A stretch of DNA of 61,522 nt, the filler included, from Choristocarpus tenellus KU-1152 (taxonomy: Eukaryota; Protista; Phaeophyceae), in the NCBI GenBank assembly GCA_964200185.2. It is 11 parts of 11 records of this genome, joined end to end, with 100 filler letters (N's around TTAATTAATTAA, not from the genome) between each part and the next. Parts side by side here need not be neighbours in the genome. Positions count along the whole stretch, not along the records: positions 38,105 to 40,959 come from CAXNAD020024170.1; positions 41,060 to 46,823 come from CAXNAD020009807.1; positions 46,924 to 50,576 come from CAXNAD020018712.1; positions 50,677 to 58,548 come from CAXNAD020005464.1; 7 more parts are not named here. The stretch is one strand, 5' to 3'. Positions 40,826-52,900 of the stretch are shown here, in pieces. Each line of letters starts with the position of its first letter. Position 1 is the first letter of the stretch. Made by a program: the position numbers and the translations under genes. The notes under the pieces were generated by a model. That model searched no databases. It was not told the origin of the DNA and was given only the letters and a program-made list of their open reading frames with translations.

Positions 40826-42515
40826 GTGAGAGAGTTGTCGACATTGGTGGGATGGTCGCGCTCTACTCCTCCTCTAGTTGGGTTACAGCTGTTGCGAAAT
40901 ATCCCTGTGTCGAACAATTCAACCTAAGTTGAGATAGTTATCCCGCGTTTAGATACCCTNNNNNNNNNNNNNNNNNNNNNNNNNNNNNNNNNNNNNNNNN
41001 NNNTTAATTAATTAANNNNNNNNNNNNNNNNNNNNNNNNNNNNNNNNNNNNNNNNNNNNACTCCCCCCCCCCCAGAATTGCTCTAACTTTTGTACTGATA
41101 GTGAAAAAATAGGATGACCTCCTTTTCATTGTAGAAATTGCTGAAAGTTTTACACTGATGGATAGATAGTGGGAAAATATTACGGAGATTATTTTCACTA
41201 TACAAATATATCCAATATATATACCTCTCATGATACACGATTTCAATGCTATGGCCGTTACCAATATGTCCTAGTACTTACTCTGTACTTCAAACTACAA
41301 AATAGAACAAAGATGTTTTCGAGTTGGTTCAACAAGGTGGTGGGTTAGAGGATCTATACAAGATAACTTATGGTCACAAGTCACTGACAATTTTCTGGGC
41401 GTTCTTTGTGGAGGAGAAAGAAAGCATATACGAGAGAATTAATCGGAACAGGACAACAGAAGTCTCTAGTACGTGCAACAAAGGCCTTTTAGATCAATAC
41501 ATTATTTCATCACCAGCATGGAACTCCCACACATTATTTTAGTATCTATTTATCATTATGGAGGACGGGGATCACTCTATGGATAGATTATGGATCAAAT
41601 AATATTGAGTTTTATTCATACTGATTCTAATATACTAGAAGAGTCTTTTCATCCAGTGCAGTCGAAAACCATGAGCTTGGAGAAGCATATTATAGCACAA
41701 CCAACACCAAAAATCCAAGAAGCAATGCCGTTTTCTATACTTAGTATCTCCGCTAAAGTAAGCATGGTGTGCTATCGATCTATTTATCGAGTAAACACCT
41801 CCCAAAACAACGAAAATATTGGCCGTATCTTATTTTGTTTTGCTAGTGAGACAGTGTGTATCTCATACACGTAAGAGTTGAATTGAATGAACCAGTCGAC
41901 AACAATTCAACTAGAATCGTCATCTATCTACAAAACCACATCAATATATTGATTAATCATCCTTCCATCAAGTGAGCAGCATTCACTACTACGATATCAA
42001 GGGATCTCATTGACAATGCAAGTAGCTCTATCTAGACGGGTCATGCGTTTTAAGCTGGAGTCGCCGGGGAGATGGGCAAGGAGGGGCTTGCTAGATTCTT
42101 GGGATGCATCCCTAGCCCCTCACCCTGGGGTGCAGGAATAGGTTAGAGACACAAAAAGACAGTAGAACAATATAGTAAAATAGGAAATAGATCAACTTTT
42201 TCACACTTGTGACAACTGTTACTTTTTTAGGGATTTTTCAGGCATGTAAATAGTATTCATTAGTTTCTCCCCTGGGATATCTGCAAAATGTCGGGGCATA
42301 ATAATATATATCGAGGGATATAGACATGGCAATCACTTGTTGATAAATGTGTTAACTTGCATCTTCAAATTAATCAGTTGAACTGACTTGGAATATGACT
42401 ATTCTATTGCAATATATACTGCTCCATAGGTATGTCTATGTATGGCTCAGGCATTCATTTGTGGTGTTACCAACTGAAACGTCGCACTGTTTTGTACTCT
42501 GGATCTGTGTTTATA

Positions 42516-42605
42516 CCCTAACCCTAACCCTAACCTGTCACATCATTGTCGACAGCATAAGCTCTATCTACTAACCCTAGCCATAACCTTAACCCTGACC
42601 CTAAC
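42516..42605 (-). repeat. Interstitial telomere-like (CCCTAA)n and a degenerate tract
   Basis: CCCTAACCCTAACCCTAACC, then CTAACCCTAGCCATAACCTTAACCCTGACCCTAAC. Confidence 0.75.
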
Positions 42606-42852
42606 TGCAAGAAAGGACAATGTACCGTAATAATATATTGATCTCAACTACTGACTGTATAATACCTCAGAGTATGTACCGTTTCCCTGTTTTACTTTCA
42701 AGTACCCAGGTAAGTTGAAACCATCCATATACTCAGCAGTCAGTAGTGATCCAGAGGAAATCAAGAGGTAATCGGGTTTTAGGTGTTTTGAATTTGAAGT
42801 CAGATTTTCGATCTTCCACAATTCAGCCATATTTGCATGGATAACTTGCAAA

Positions 42853-43094
42853 GAGTCAAAGCATCTTAGGAGGTAGAGCCGCATCCGTTCGGGGACCAAA
42901 ATCCAATGTTGCCTATTGTGTTTGTTAGCAAGTGTCAATATCCTTGCTCCAGACACACCTCATTCCATAGTCGTAAACATTGTGTGTCAATGTGTTCATA
43001 TAGAAAACCGAAAGAGGGCACAAAAACCCATGGGAAGTCAAACCTGGAACGGACAAATAGGGCAAAACTCCTACCCTCTTCAATGTTGTGGGTC
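42853..43094 (-). mobile_element. MITE family A copy 6, divergent subfamily
   Basis: GAGTCAAAGCATCTTAGGAGGTAGAGCC... with homologous interior; no clear TSD. Confidence 0.8.
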
Positions 43095-45149
43095 TTGAAG
43101 GGTTGGGATTCCAAGGTGTGAACATGTTACTCCCTCCTGAAAGAATGCCATACATACGCCCAAGGGTTATCCAGTCCTCTGCTGTGTAGAGAATTCAACG
43201 TGTATGCTCACCCTGAACAAAGGTTCAGGGATAAGGGTACACAGGTGGACAAGATAAATGTGGCAGAGGGAAGGAGGGGTGAGGGGTTATTGTTTTCAAG
43301 GCAGGCATAAACTCTATCAACAACTAGAAATGAAATCGACAAGGAAAGCTATCAAAAGCAATAATTAGCCCAATGAGAAATGACAATCATACCATGTACC
43401 CTGGATTATTTGTGTCTGTAGCAACATACAGTATTCTTTCCAATTGAGTAGGCATGTACGAGATGCTTAGTCAATATTTTGTCGTTTGTACTGCAACTTT
43501 CCTCATGTGCTGAAAACTTCTCAGGTGATGAACATCCATGTAAACACCGTAGCAATGGTGGTATCGCTCAAGGAGTTTTTTTAGTTTGGTCCATTCACTC
43601 AACACGAGAGGAGAAGGTTTCATAATGAATAATATCGAAAACAATCCTGTAACTCATCTACCTGAAGAAAGGGCCAGGGAGAACTACCAATGGCAGCAGC
43701 ATCATCACTTTGACGGTTGGCAGCAGTTGGCTGCACAACATCATTGGTACTGATGAAGTCATGTCCAATACCCTTGTACAATGGTGTGAGGAGGAGGGGC
43801 AGGGGTAGGAACAAGTGAGGCAGCAATGCAAATGAACGCGTAGAGTCATGATCACAAGAAAATGACCGTTAGCTTGGGTTATATCCACTGTTTCTTTCTC
43901 ATTTGCTCTATATTGTTGACTCTCCATTGTCCGGGAGAGGGTTCAAATATTGATATGAACGAATACTGCAATTGGGCTACTGGTCCCAAGAGGGCGGACG
44001 GAGCACAAGATGAAGCCCACGGCAAAGAAATAAGTTGGGAGAGGTAGGGATAATGTGCGCAGACAACGATCTTGAGCTTGGGAGACATAAAGGGCTGATG
44101 AAGGAATCCCTTGTTCGTTAGTGACCATGATTTCGAAGTGCTCTGTACAAAGGTATTACTTCTGCAGTCTACAGAGAGGATTGCACTTATGTCACGTGAC
44201 TACCAGCACGATTTGCTGGACAAGTGAAATCACTTACTGCACCCATGGATCGATACAGACTCGAGAAGGGGCAGATCCTGACCATCAAAACAATAACGGT
44301 CAGAGACCCTCACCTCCTCACCATTGGCATCATCATCAAAGGTGGAAGCCAGAGGTTCCAACAACAGGAGGAAATAGAGCAACCGGATGGTGACTCTGTT
44401 TTGGTTAAGGGGGCAGTCTGGATTAGGTTCGATCTGCGTAGGGTTCCATGACCTGGATTAATGGGATCTGTTGTTAATGTAGATAGTGATGAGCTCAAGG
44501 ACAAGATTGTCGCGTTAGTTTAGTTGCGTTGTGCGAGGGAAGGAATCTCGAGTAAGGGCGAAAGATAAGCGAAGGAAGAAGGTCGGTTGGCTTGGAGGGG
44601 AGGCAAGGAGGGGAGGAGGGCCACTAGTGCAAGGGTAATCCTTGGACGCTGAAACATGCCGAGAATTCTAGGTCGTCCTGTCTAGACAGACATGTTCTGA
44701 CACCGAACCTTCTAGGGGCTTCCTTCATTCCCCACTCTTTAGTGTTCCAGGGAACATACCGCCAAGATACCCCTTCAAAGTGACAATTGTATATTTAAGG
44801 AAGAAGTGTAAAACATTTGTTATTATTTTACCCCTGACATTTTATAGGTATGTGAAAAAATAATGAAAACATTCGAGTGTTTGCGGAAAAAGGAACGTTT
44901 AGGAAGTAACCTCAGTTTGTAGTCGGTAGAATTCTGGTTGGTTGGGGGCACAGGTGAAGGAAGGAAACAGGAAAGAAATAAAAATTATCAAGGAGAGAAC
45001 GAAGAGTTAATATTGAGTGGTTGAGAGAGGGAGGAGAGTGGTTAAGAAATAGGTAGGCAGAGGCACATTGTGTTCCTTTTTTCTATTTGTTGTTGTCTGT
45101 CATCTCTGTTCCTTTTTTTATAAGCATAAGACCCCAGATGCACGTTAAT

Positions 45150-45560
45150 TGTTGGTTATTATTTTTGCATTGGTTGTCATTGTCCCCTCACTGAGCACCT
45201 CAAGCTCACTCCGCAATAGTGCCCCTGACGCACACTTGGATGTAATACACACAGAGTTAAAACCATCTACTGAAACCCTTTACAGCCAAGGTAACAAGCC
45301 TCTACACAGGGCATGGACTTCTTTCTTTGAGTATATCATGAAATAACACTGAATTCACATCACATCATTCTTAACTGAGAGATCAATGACTTCAGTTGCA
45401 ACAGAACAAATACATCAGTGCTTAGCTTCGCAACCACATCTACTCATACCACAGACTACACATCCTACTCATCGGTGCTTTACAACACCATGATTCCTCT
45501 TCACTCGTAGTCTATGTATTTCGCTTACATATACAATGCATTCGATTCAGGTTTCAACGA
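45150..45560 (+). repeat. Dispersed repeat family D copy 1 (approximate bounds)
   Basis: CAGAGTTAAAACCATC, GGTAACAAGCCTCT, AACACTGAATTCACATCACATCATTCT and GCATTCGATTCAGG are shared with the reverse complement of 49470-49905. Confidence 0.8.
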
Positions 45561-45960
45561 TTGCCCTTGCCCCGATTTCGCTGAGCCAAGCCAGCTTTGC
45601 TTTCTGGAGATGGCCTAAGGCCTGTGAAGAATATGCTTTTTATTCATGTGTAAAAGTAGATTCTATGAGAAGCAATCTAAGGACATACGATACCATGTTT
45701 TTATATTCTCTGAAGAATAGAATATGTGTTTGGGTTAAGGAACTAGAAAGTGGAAGAGTTGAGAAATAGGAAACATTGTAATAAGTAATCTGTGACAAAC
45801 GATTACTGATCCAGAGAATAGGATTGATTTGGTGGCAAGGACCCCCCCTTTGGACTTGAAAGCTCTTTCCTCGTTTCTCCTTCCTTACTTCATCTGCAAC
45901 GTGTTCAACCCATTAAGGAATGAATTAAGTAATTTACATAGACAAGTCTTGGAAACATTA

Positions 45961-46223
45961 GAGTGAAAGTATCTTAGAGGGTCAAGTTTTTCCCTGTTTT
46001 TCCGTTTGGGGCTTGGCTTCCACGGGTCATTTATGACTTTTTCCTATTGTGAAATGTTTTGGAGTAGGATAAATGTGTACATTTTAGAGTAGGAATTGTG
46101 TGTATGTCTGGAACAAGGACATTGTCATTCCTAACAAGCATGATAGCAAAATTACATCAAAATCGCAACATTGGATTTTGGACCCAAATGGACGGGGCTC
46201 TACCCTTTACGATACTTCCACTC
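45961..46223 (+). mobile_element. MITE family A copy 7
   Basis: GAGTGAAAGTATCTTAGAGGG...GATACTTCCACTC with homologous interior. Confidence 0.87.
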
Positions 46224-46991
46224 TCAGCTTCTTTAACATTCTAGCTACCATGTTACTGAAGTTTTCTAAGTTTTCAAGGCTAGCGTAAATTGAATGGAGG
46301 GGGGAGTCCCGATGGAGGCAGCCATCGGTTGTAGCAGACATGCTTCGGGAAGAGTAGAGTATAGGGAAATGCCACCTACAGCAACAGTTCAAAATGGTGG
46401 GGTTGAAGTTGAGACCGAAGATGAACGCAAAGAGGTGGTTAACAGAACCGCTCACCATACAACTACTACAGGTCAAAGACTGCGGTGACTCATCTCTCTC
46501 CCTTCAAAGTTCAAACCTTACAATGGAGATGGTGATGGGGAAGGTCATCCTACATTTGAGAGAAACTTCCTTTCGTACGCCAGCATGGGGGGATTGATGT
46601 TCTACTGGCAGAATACCGTATCAGAGTGAGCTGCGACATTTTTTATTAATCGACATGGACTGAGAGAGAAGTGGAAAAGGCAAGTATGCCTATGTGGAAG
46701 CTATGGTGATGGGTGTGGGTGGACTCGCCAAACCAATTGCTAATGATCATGATAAGTATCCAAAAGATAACTCTTCCAATAGTCTTTGCTTTAAGTTGTA
46801 TGGATTTATTTATTAGCGGAGTGNNNNNNNNNNNNNNNNNNNNNNNNNNNNNNNNNNNNNNNNNNNNTTAATTAATTAANNNNNNNNNNNNNNNNNNNNN
46901 NNNNNNNNNNNNNNNNNNNNNNNTGGCATATCGCTTTCATTGTTTAGGGGTTGCGGCGTCAGGCGGAGGAAGCTTGTACGATACTTCGCTA

Positions 46992-47138
46992 TACCAGGGT
47001 GTCCATCCGGCCCAAAACCAGGAAAAGTGCACTTACATTATCCATACAACACATACAACCAAATTACCCCTAAATCGTGACATAAAAAATTGGCCCCAAA
47101 TGGACAGCCGCCACCCCACCCCCCAGATACTTTGACTC
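46992..47138 (+). mobile_element. MITE family B, copy lacking left TIR
   Basis: ACCAGGAAAAGTGCA..ATTATCCAT..CCCCAAATGGACAGCCGCC..CCCCAGATACTTTGACTC matches 17870-18014. Confidence 0.78.
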
Positions 47139-48512
47139 TTTGGGTGAACATCATCCATGGAGTGGGGATGTGGCTTAGCAAGCAAAAAAAAACTTTCATT
47201 GATTATTTCCTGTAAGTAAAAATCCCAATGAGTGTAACTTAGGCATTATGACAATTGCCTCATCGAAAAAAGTTCAGTACACTACTAATCGTGGACATTC
47301 TGCATAAAACGATTGCCTAAAACTATTCCTACCACCGAGGAATGTAGTAGCTGCTTCAACGCTATCATCAGGCCACTGTACTAGACAAGGAGAGGAAAAT
47401 ACTTTTCCTCAAAGCGCTGTAGTAGTCTTATGTGGAGTGAATTTCACTAGAGGACCCTATCACATCAATAGGGAATGTCTGGGACAAGTTCGAGGAGGAA
47501 ACTCCGTGTGAAAAACCTTTCCAATATTACCCAAGCGATAAATTCGGTGGAATAACTCTCGTACCTTGCGACTCTCATCCTTGTTTGACTTAATTTTCAA
47601 TAGTAAAAAACTAACACAAAGCACTATGATCATGCCGCCAAGAAGTGTAAGATTACCTTTCTTTGTTATCAAGTACTGAAAACCACTGAAGGTATTGTCT
47701 GAAGACTTTTCCTTCACTAATAATGTCTCAAACAGAAATCAAACAAACATGATGCAAAAAATATACATATAAGAGTCTTATTTCATCATTGTATGCGCAC
47801 AGTAGGGCACTGTCCACCACTGTCCCTCTAACTCAGGTGCACCACAACTCATACAGCTCTTGCCCTGTTGATCCCCGTGAACCTTCCCCTCCTTTATCAT
47901 CTGAAATACACCGCAATTTTCCCCAGTTAATTCCCTTTCTTGCTGTTGAAAAAGATGGGTCATCTCAAACTTGCTATATTCTTTCCAGACTCTATCTTCA
48001 AATTCTGATCCAGATACCCAGTGTCCTCCTCTTTCTCATTCTGTTCCGCCCCAATGACAAATGCGCCTATGTGCAACAGATAAGGACACATGGTGGGGGC
48101 AAAGTTTTTTTTCGTGGGGAAGTAATGTTCAGGCATGTCTAATTCTGGGGCATAAAGGATTGTTTTGGATACTGTCTAGATTTTCATTCACACTGTTCTT
48201 TTCATTGCAATGCCCCTTTTATAAATGAAAACAAATTTCTGTTGAAGTGTTTCTGTTGAAGCACTTCGAAGTATGTTTGACTGAGTTTCTAAAAAAATAT
48301 ATTTTTTCTACTATTGGTGATAGCGCTGCTCCTAAAAAAATGGCTAATTTTCCCAATATTTTGACTGGATCTGAATATGTAATCCACGAAGAATTTCTGG
48401 TACGAAAATTGAATATATTGACGATCTATTTTGTCATCAACCAGAAGATATTTAAGTTGTTTACCCTCTTTCTAGTTTTCCTACGATATTTGTGTGGTCT
48501 AAGCTAAACAAA

Positions 48513-48785
48513 GAGTGAAAGCATTAAAGAGGGGGTAGGGCAGCGTCCGTTCGGAGTCATAAATCCAATATTGCAATTTTGATGAATTTTGGCTATTGTG
48601 TTTTTTAGGAAGTGGCAATATCCTTGCTCCGGACACACCTTCCATAGTCCAAAACATTTTTCCTACTCCGAAATCTGAAATGTTCGCACAGAAAAATGAA
48701 AAAGGGCATAAAAAACCCTTGGGAACCCAAGCCCTGAACGGACAAACAGGGCAAAACTCCTACCCTCCTAAATGCTTTTGGGTTC
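48513..48785 (-). mobile_element. MITE family A copy 8, divergent subfamily
   Basis: GAGTGAAAGCATTAAAGAGGGGGTA...TACCCTCCTAAATGCTTTTGGGTTC; flanks AAA/AAA. Confidence 0.82.
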
Positions 48786-49200
48786 AAAGGTCACTTCTTC
48801 TATTTCGACGAGGTACAAATGGTGTAAACCTTTCTCTAAAACATCCAGAAACATTTCAATAAATACATCCTTACAATATATAGTATCTAGCGAGTTGTTG
48901 CCTATGTAAAGTGCAGTGTAATTATTAAAAATACCTCCCATTGTGAAAGCGGGGTTGTATGTTCTCATACTATCATTGGCGTATGTCATAAGCCATCATA
49001 TTCCATTTGAGACTCTTCATCAGGAACCATGAACTCAAGTGAGGATTTCCGGTGAGACAGTCACCGGAATCTCTTCAAGAGGCCAGTGACTGGTCCCACA
49101 GGCGGAGTTCTCTTTATTCAGAGATGCAAGGTACTAAGAGTCAAGGGAATCCCTTTGACCTTACGTCCTGTCACTCTCATGATCCGCACTCTCATTGGAT

Positions 49201-49238
49201 CTCTCCACTCTCCACTCTCCACTCTCCACTCTCCACTC
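49201..49238. repeat. (CTCCACT)5 heptamer tandem repeat
   Basis: Directly visible. Confidence 0.85.
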
Positions 49239-49469
49239 TTGTCCTTGTTCAATGTTACCTTGTCCTCTTGGTTGACAGTTTTTTTTGGTCCGCCTGGTTT
49301 GTCTGGATCAGTGATTCTCTGCACCACTCTTGTCTGAGTGAATCATGCTGCTACAGAATCACACTATTCACATTCGTGCACTGGTGAGTTCAGGTAAAGG
49401 GCTGAATAGCAAAACAAAGACATGAAGCCTAACTCTAAGTCTAGAAGACACTGTTGCAGCAGGAATGCC

Positions 49470-49905
49470 TGTTGAAGCCTGAATCGAATGCATCGTGCAT
49501 GTAAGCAAAATGCGTAGACTACGAGTGATGAGGAATTATGGTGTTGCAAAGCACCGATGAGTAATATATGCGTAGTCTATGTTATGGATAGGTGTGATTG
49601 TGCTGCAAAGCACCGATGTCATTGATCTCTCAGTCAAGAATGATGCGATGTGAATTGAGTATTCTTGGTTGCTCAATGCAGAATGATGTGATGTGAATTC
49701 AGTGTTCTTTCATGAGACACTCAACGACAAAAGACCATGCTCTGTGGAGAGGCTTGTTACCCTTGTCTGGCAATGTATTCCGCGGATGGTTTTAACTCTG
49801 GTTATATTACATCCAGATGTGTACCTGGTACACAGTTTGCAGAGTGAATCGAGTGCACTTTGAGGGATCAATGGCAGTCACGAAAGAAATAATAATCAAC
49901 AACCA
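49470..49905 (-). repeat. Dispersed repeat family D copy 2 (approximate bounds)
   Basis: Reverse-complement homology to 45150-45560. Confidence 0.8.
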
Positions 49906-52900
49906 AAGTGCAAGTGTCATCTTCTGGTGATAAGAAGAAAGAGTGAAAGAAAAACAAACAAGAGAACAAGAGAACAAACTTGAACCAATATGTGATGGAA
50001 CTCAATTGATGTATACTATACTATACTATTCGTGTGGAACGCAGAGCGACTGTTCTGTACTAAGGTGTTCTGATTGTAATTGATGTGGTGATGATGAACT
50101 ATTGAAAGAAACGTCCAGAACGTAACAGACCAATCAACAGTCAGTATTGACTGGTGGAACTGTATTGTATCAAGGAACAAACAGATGAGTAGCCTATGTT
50201 TTAACACCCTCCCCCGAATGAAAGAAGTGGAACACTCTTGAAGGAGTGTGACGTACGGCTACGGGCAGGAAAAAAATATCCAAAATGTTGAACAAAAGAG
50301 AATGAAGTTCAAAATAGTGGGAACTACAGAATACTAAGAGAATTGGGAAGTTGAGTTCAGATAAAATCCAATACAGTAGGTTACCTTATTTTGGGCCAAA
50401 TGTTATGAACCAAATCTAAAAATATGCAATTTTGTACCTTATTTTGTTTTAAAATAGGCTTTTGTACCGAAATTCTCGTATTCGGGCGATTTGGTACAAA
50501 ATCCCAGAGATATTCACACGAGTTTGGCACGCGCTTAAAAATTTCTCGCGAAAAGTGCCTTTCTTCCTGGGTCATGNNNNNNNNNNNNNNNNNNNNNNNN
50601 NNNNNNNNNNNNNNNNNNNNTTAATTAATTAANNNNNNNNNNNNNNNNNNNNNNNNNNNNNNNNNNNNNNNNNNNNCCTTGCCTGCAACTGTTCTCCCTT
50701 GTCCCCGCTTCCTCCCCTTATCCACACCATCACCCCCTACCTTCAAGCCACTCATTCTGGATGGTGCCTTGCCTCCCTTTAGCCCTACCCCCACCTTCTG
50801 TTTCACCTCTGCCATCCCAGTATTATTTGGGGCTCGTTTACTTTCGTTCTTATCACTAGGCCTTGACAGTCTCAACATCCCATCTTCAGCAGACTTCGCC
50901 ACCACTCCTTCAACTATTTTCTCATAGGCACCAACATTCTGTTATGAGAAGGGAGTATAGTGACATATTTATGGAATGAAAGTTGGGTTAGAAGTACAAG
51001 TACAAGCACATGCAACGCCAAGTACATCATTGGATTGAAGAGAGAACCATGGACATCACAAGCCTGCCAAATTCTGCCTGGGTGACTCGTCAGGAAGATG
51101 GTTAATTATCGCATGTCAAAGGAGATTGCACCAACATCTCTCGTGAGAGGTATCCTGCTGACTAAGATTCTATTCACTGGACCTGGCTGAGGATATTGCT
51201 TTGTGTAAGATATTTGAATGATATTAAAAGAGATGCTATCAAATAGGAACCATAAGTTTTCATTTGCAATGTAATCAAAATAATGATCGTAGAGAGGCCA
51301 TGTACTAGAACTTCCACAAACAACCGTAGACACTCTGGGACTAAGAAGTGTTGGTTGTTTTTCCCATCCTTCAAGTTCAAATTCCCAGTCATGCTATCAA
51401 AAGGAAATGAAGGGAGGATACTAGCAGTCAAAAAAATCAAGTATACACTCACCACAGTGCCTACATCCATCTCCCTCAGCTCCAGAGCCCTGGCTGCATC
51501 CTCCACTTCCCATGCTCTCTCCTCTTCCCGCAAGGACCTGGTCTCCTTCGCCAAATGCAAAGCTTGCCTCTGGAACTGAAGAGGTGTGGGCATCCTCCCC
51601 AACTTATGCCCAAACCTTGCAATCATGGCCAGCCCCAACTCGCTGCTAGGCTCAACCACTACATCATAGTGGTTGTGGGAATACAAGATTTCCAATCCCT
51701 TTCCCAATAGAGGACGATTCTCCACATCCAGACCGTCAACATGGCACGCAGCATCATCCTCAACAGACTGCACAGGTTATTGGGATACAAAACGTTAGGT
51801 TCCATTCTGTAAGTCTAGGTAGCCCAGTTGTAGAGGTGTCTCTGTGGTTAGCTCTATCTTAACCTGTATGTCTTCCTGTACCCTACGTGGTCCCAATGCA
51901 TTCTCCCAGATGAGACTCAATACTCAATACACTATTATGGTACAATGGTGAGAAACCAAGCCACTCCCCATGCCTTAATGCAACATATCTTACATTCAAC
52001 CTTCACTCTAAACAACATGATTTTACGTGAGCAGTACAGCCAGCAGCGCTGGCTTCCTACCACTCCTGGGAATCCTAGTAGCACATAAGTAGCTTGAAAA
52101 AGCCGTTGGGAATTGTGTGACAGAAAGACTAAATCACACCACATACAAGCAATGCATTGGTGTTGGAATTTTAGCACAAAGTAGAACCCTGTCTTATAGC
52201 ACAGGTGTGTTGAGATATTCAAGTATCCAAGAGGATGTTTAAATGTGTGCTAATGGATATGGTATGCTGAATATCCCAGATTTTCAACACCTTTCATACC
52301 TTACATTTATGCCATTACATCATTCGTATCACAGGTTTTGAAGATTTGTTTTGAAAGTTCTGGATATATTATTGACAAAGGCTATTTTTGCCTTGTATCA
52401 GATAATCGCATTCGCTCCACGACATACTGTTGTCCCTAGAGTTCAGGAGTACCCAACTGGCAATACTTGGCTGTGTTACGTTGTTAGAAATATTCTTGTA
52501 ACAATTCCTCAGTGTGCTGTGCTTCCTATATAGTTTATAAAACTGCAGTCAGCAAAACACACAAGAGCAAAGCAATGGATACAGCACCTGCAACTTCTCA
52601 AGCATTGAGCATCAATACAAATCCCACACCACAGAGAGTACTGCAGCATAGAACCACAGTTCATGACATCCATGGGCAATTGACACGAAATGGATCACCC
52701 TAAACTGCATCACATAGAAGACTATTAGTGACATGGTCCCTCCAAGAGCACACTCACAACAAAGGATCACATACTGCACAAGTGTGCAGTGCAGACTCTT
52801 GCACATTTCCGTCCACAGCAGGGCTTTGTTCAACGGCCAAATGAACTATTGGACCCTTCTACTCGTATCTTAGTCACATTCAAAAAGTACTACCAGCACC

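Noticed and set aside
39779-40927. Bacterial contaminant parB locus
   Set aside because: The domain is completed only through a phase-consistent GT-AG intron, a second donor follows at 40826, and no parA or operon structure is present.
46294-46720. LTR-retrotransposon gag relic (KFKPYNGDGDGEGHPTFERNFLSYA)
   Set aside because: There is only a vague resemblance, with stops, and no LTR, PBS or pol sequence visible.
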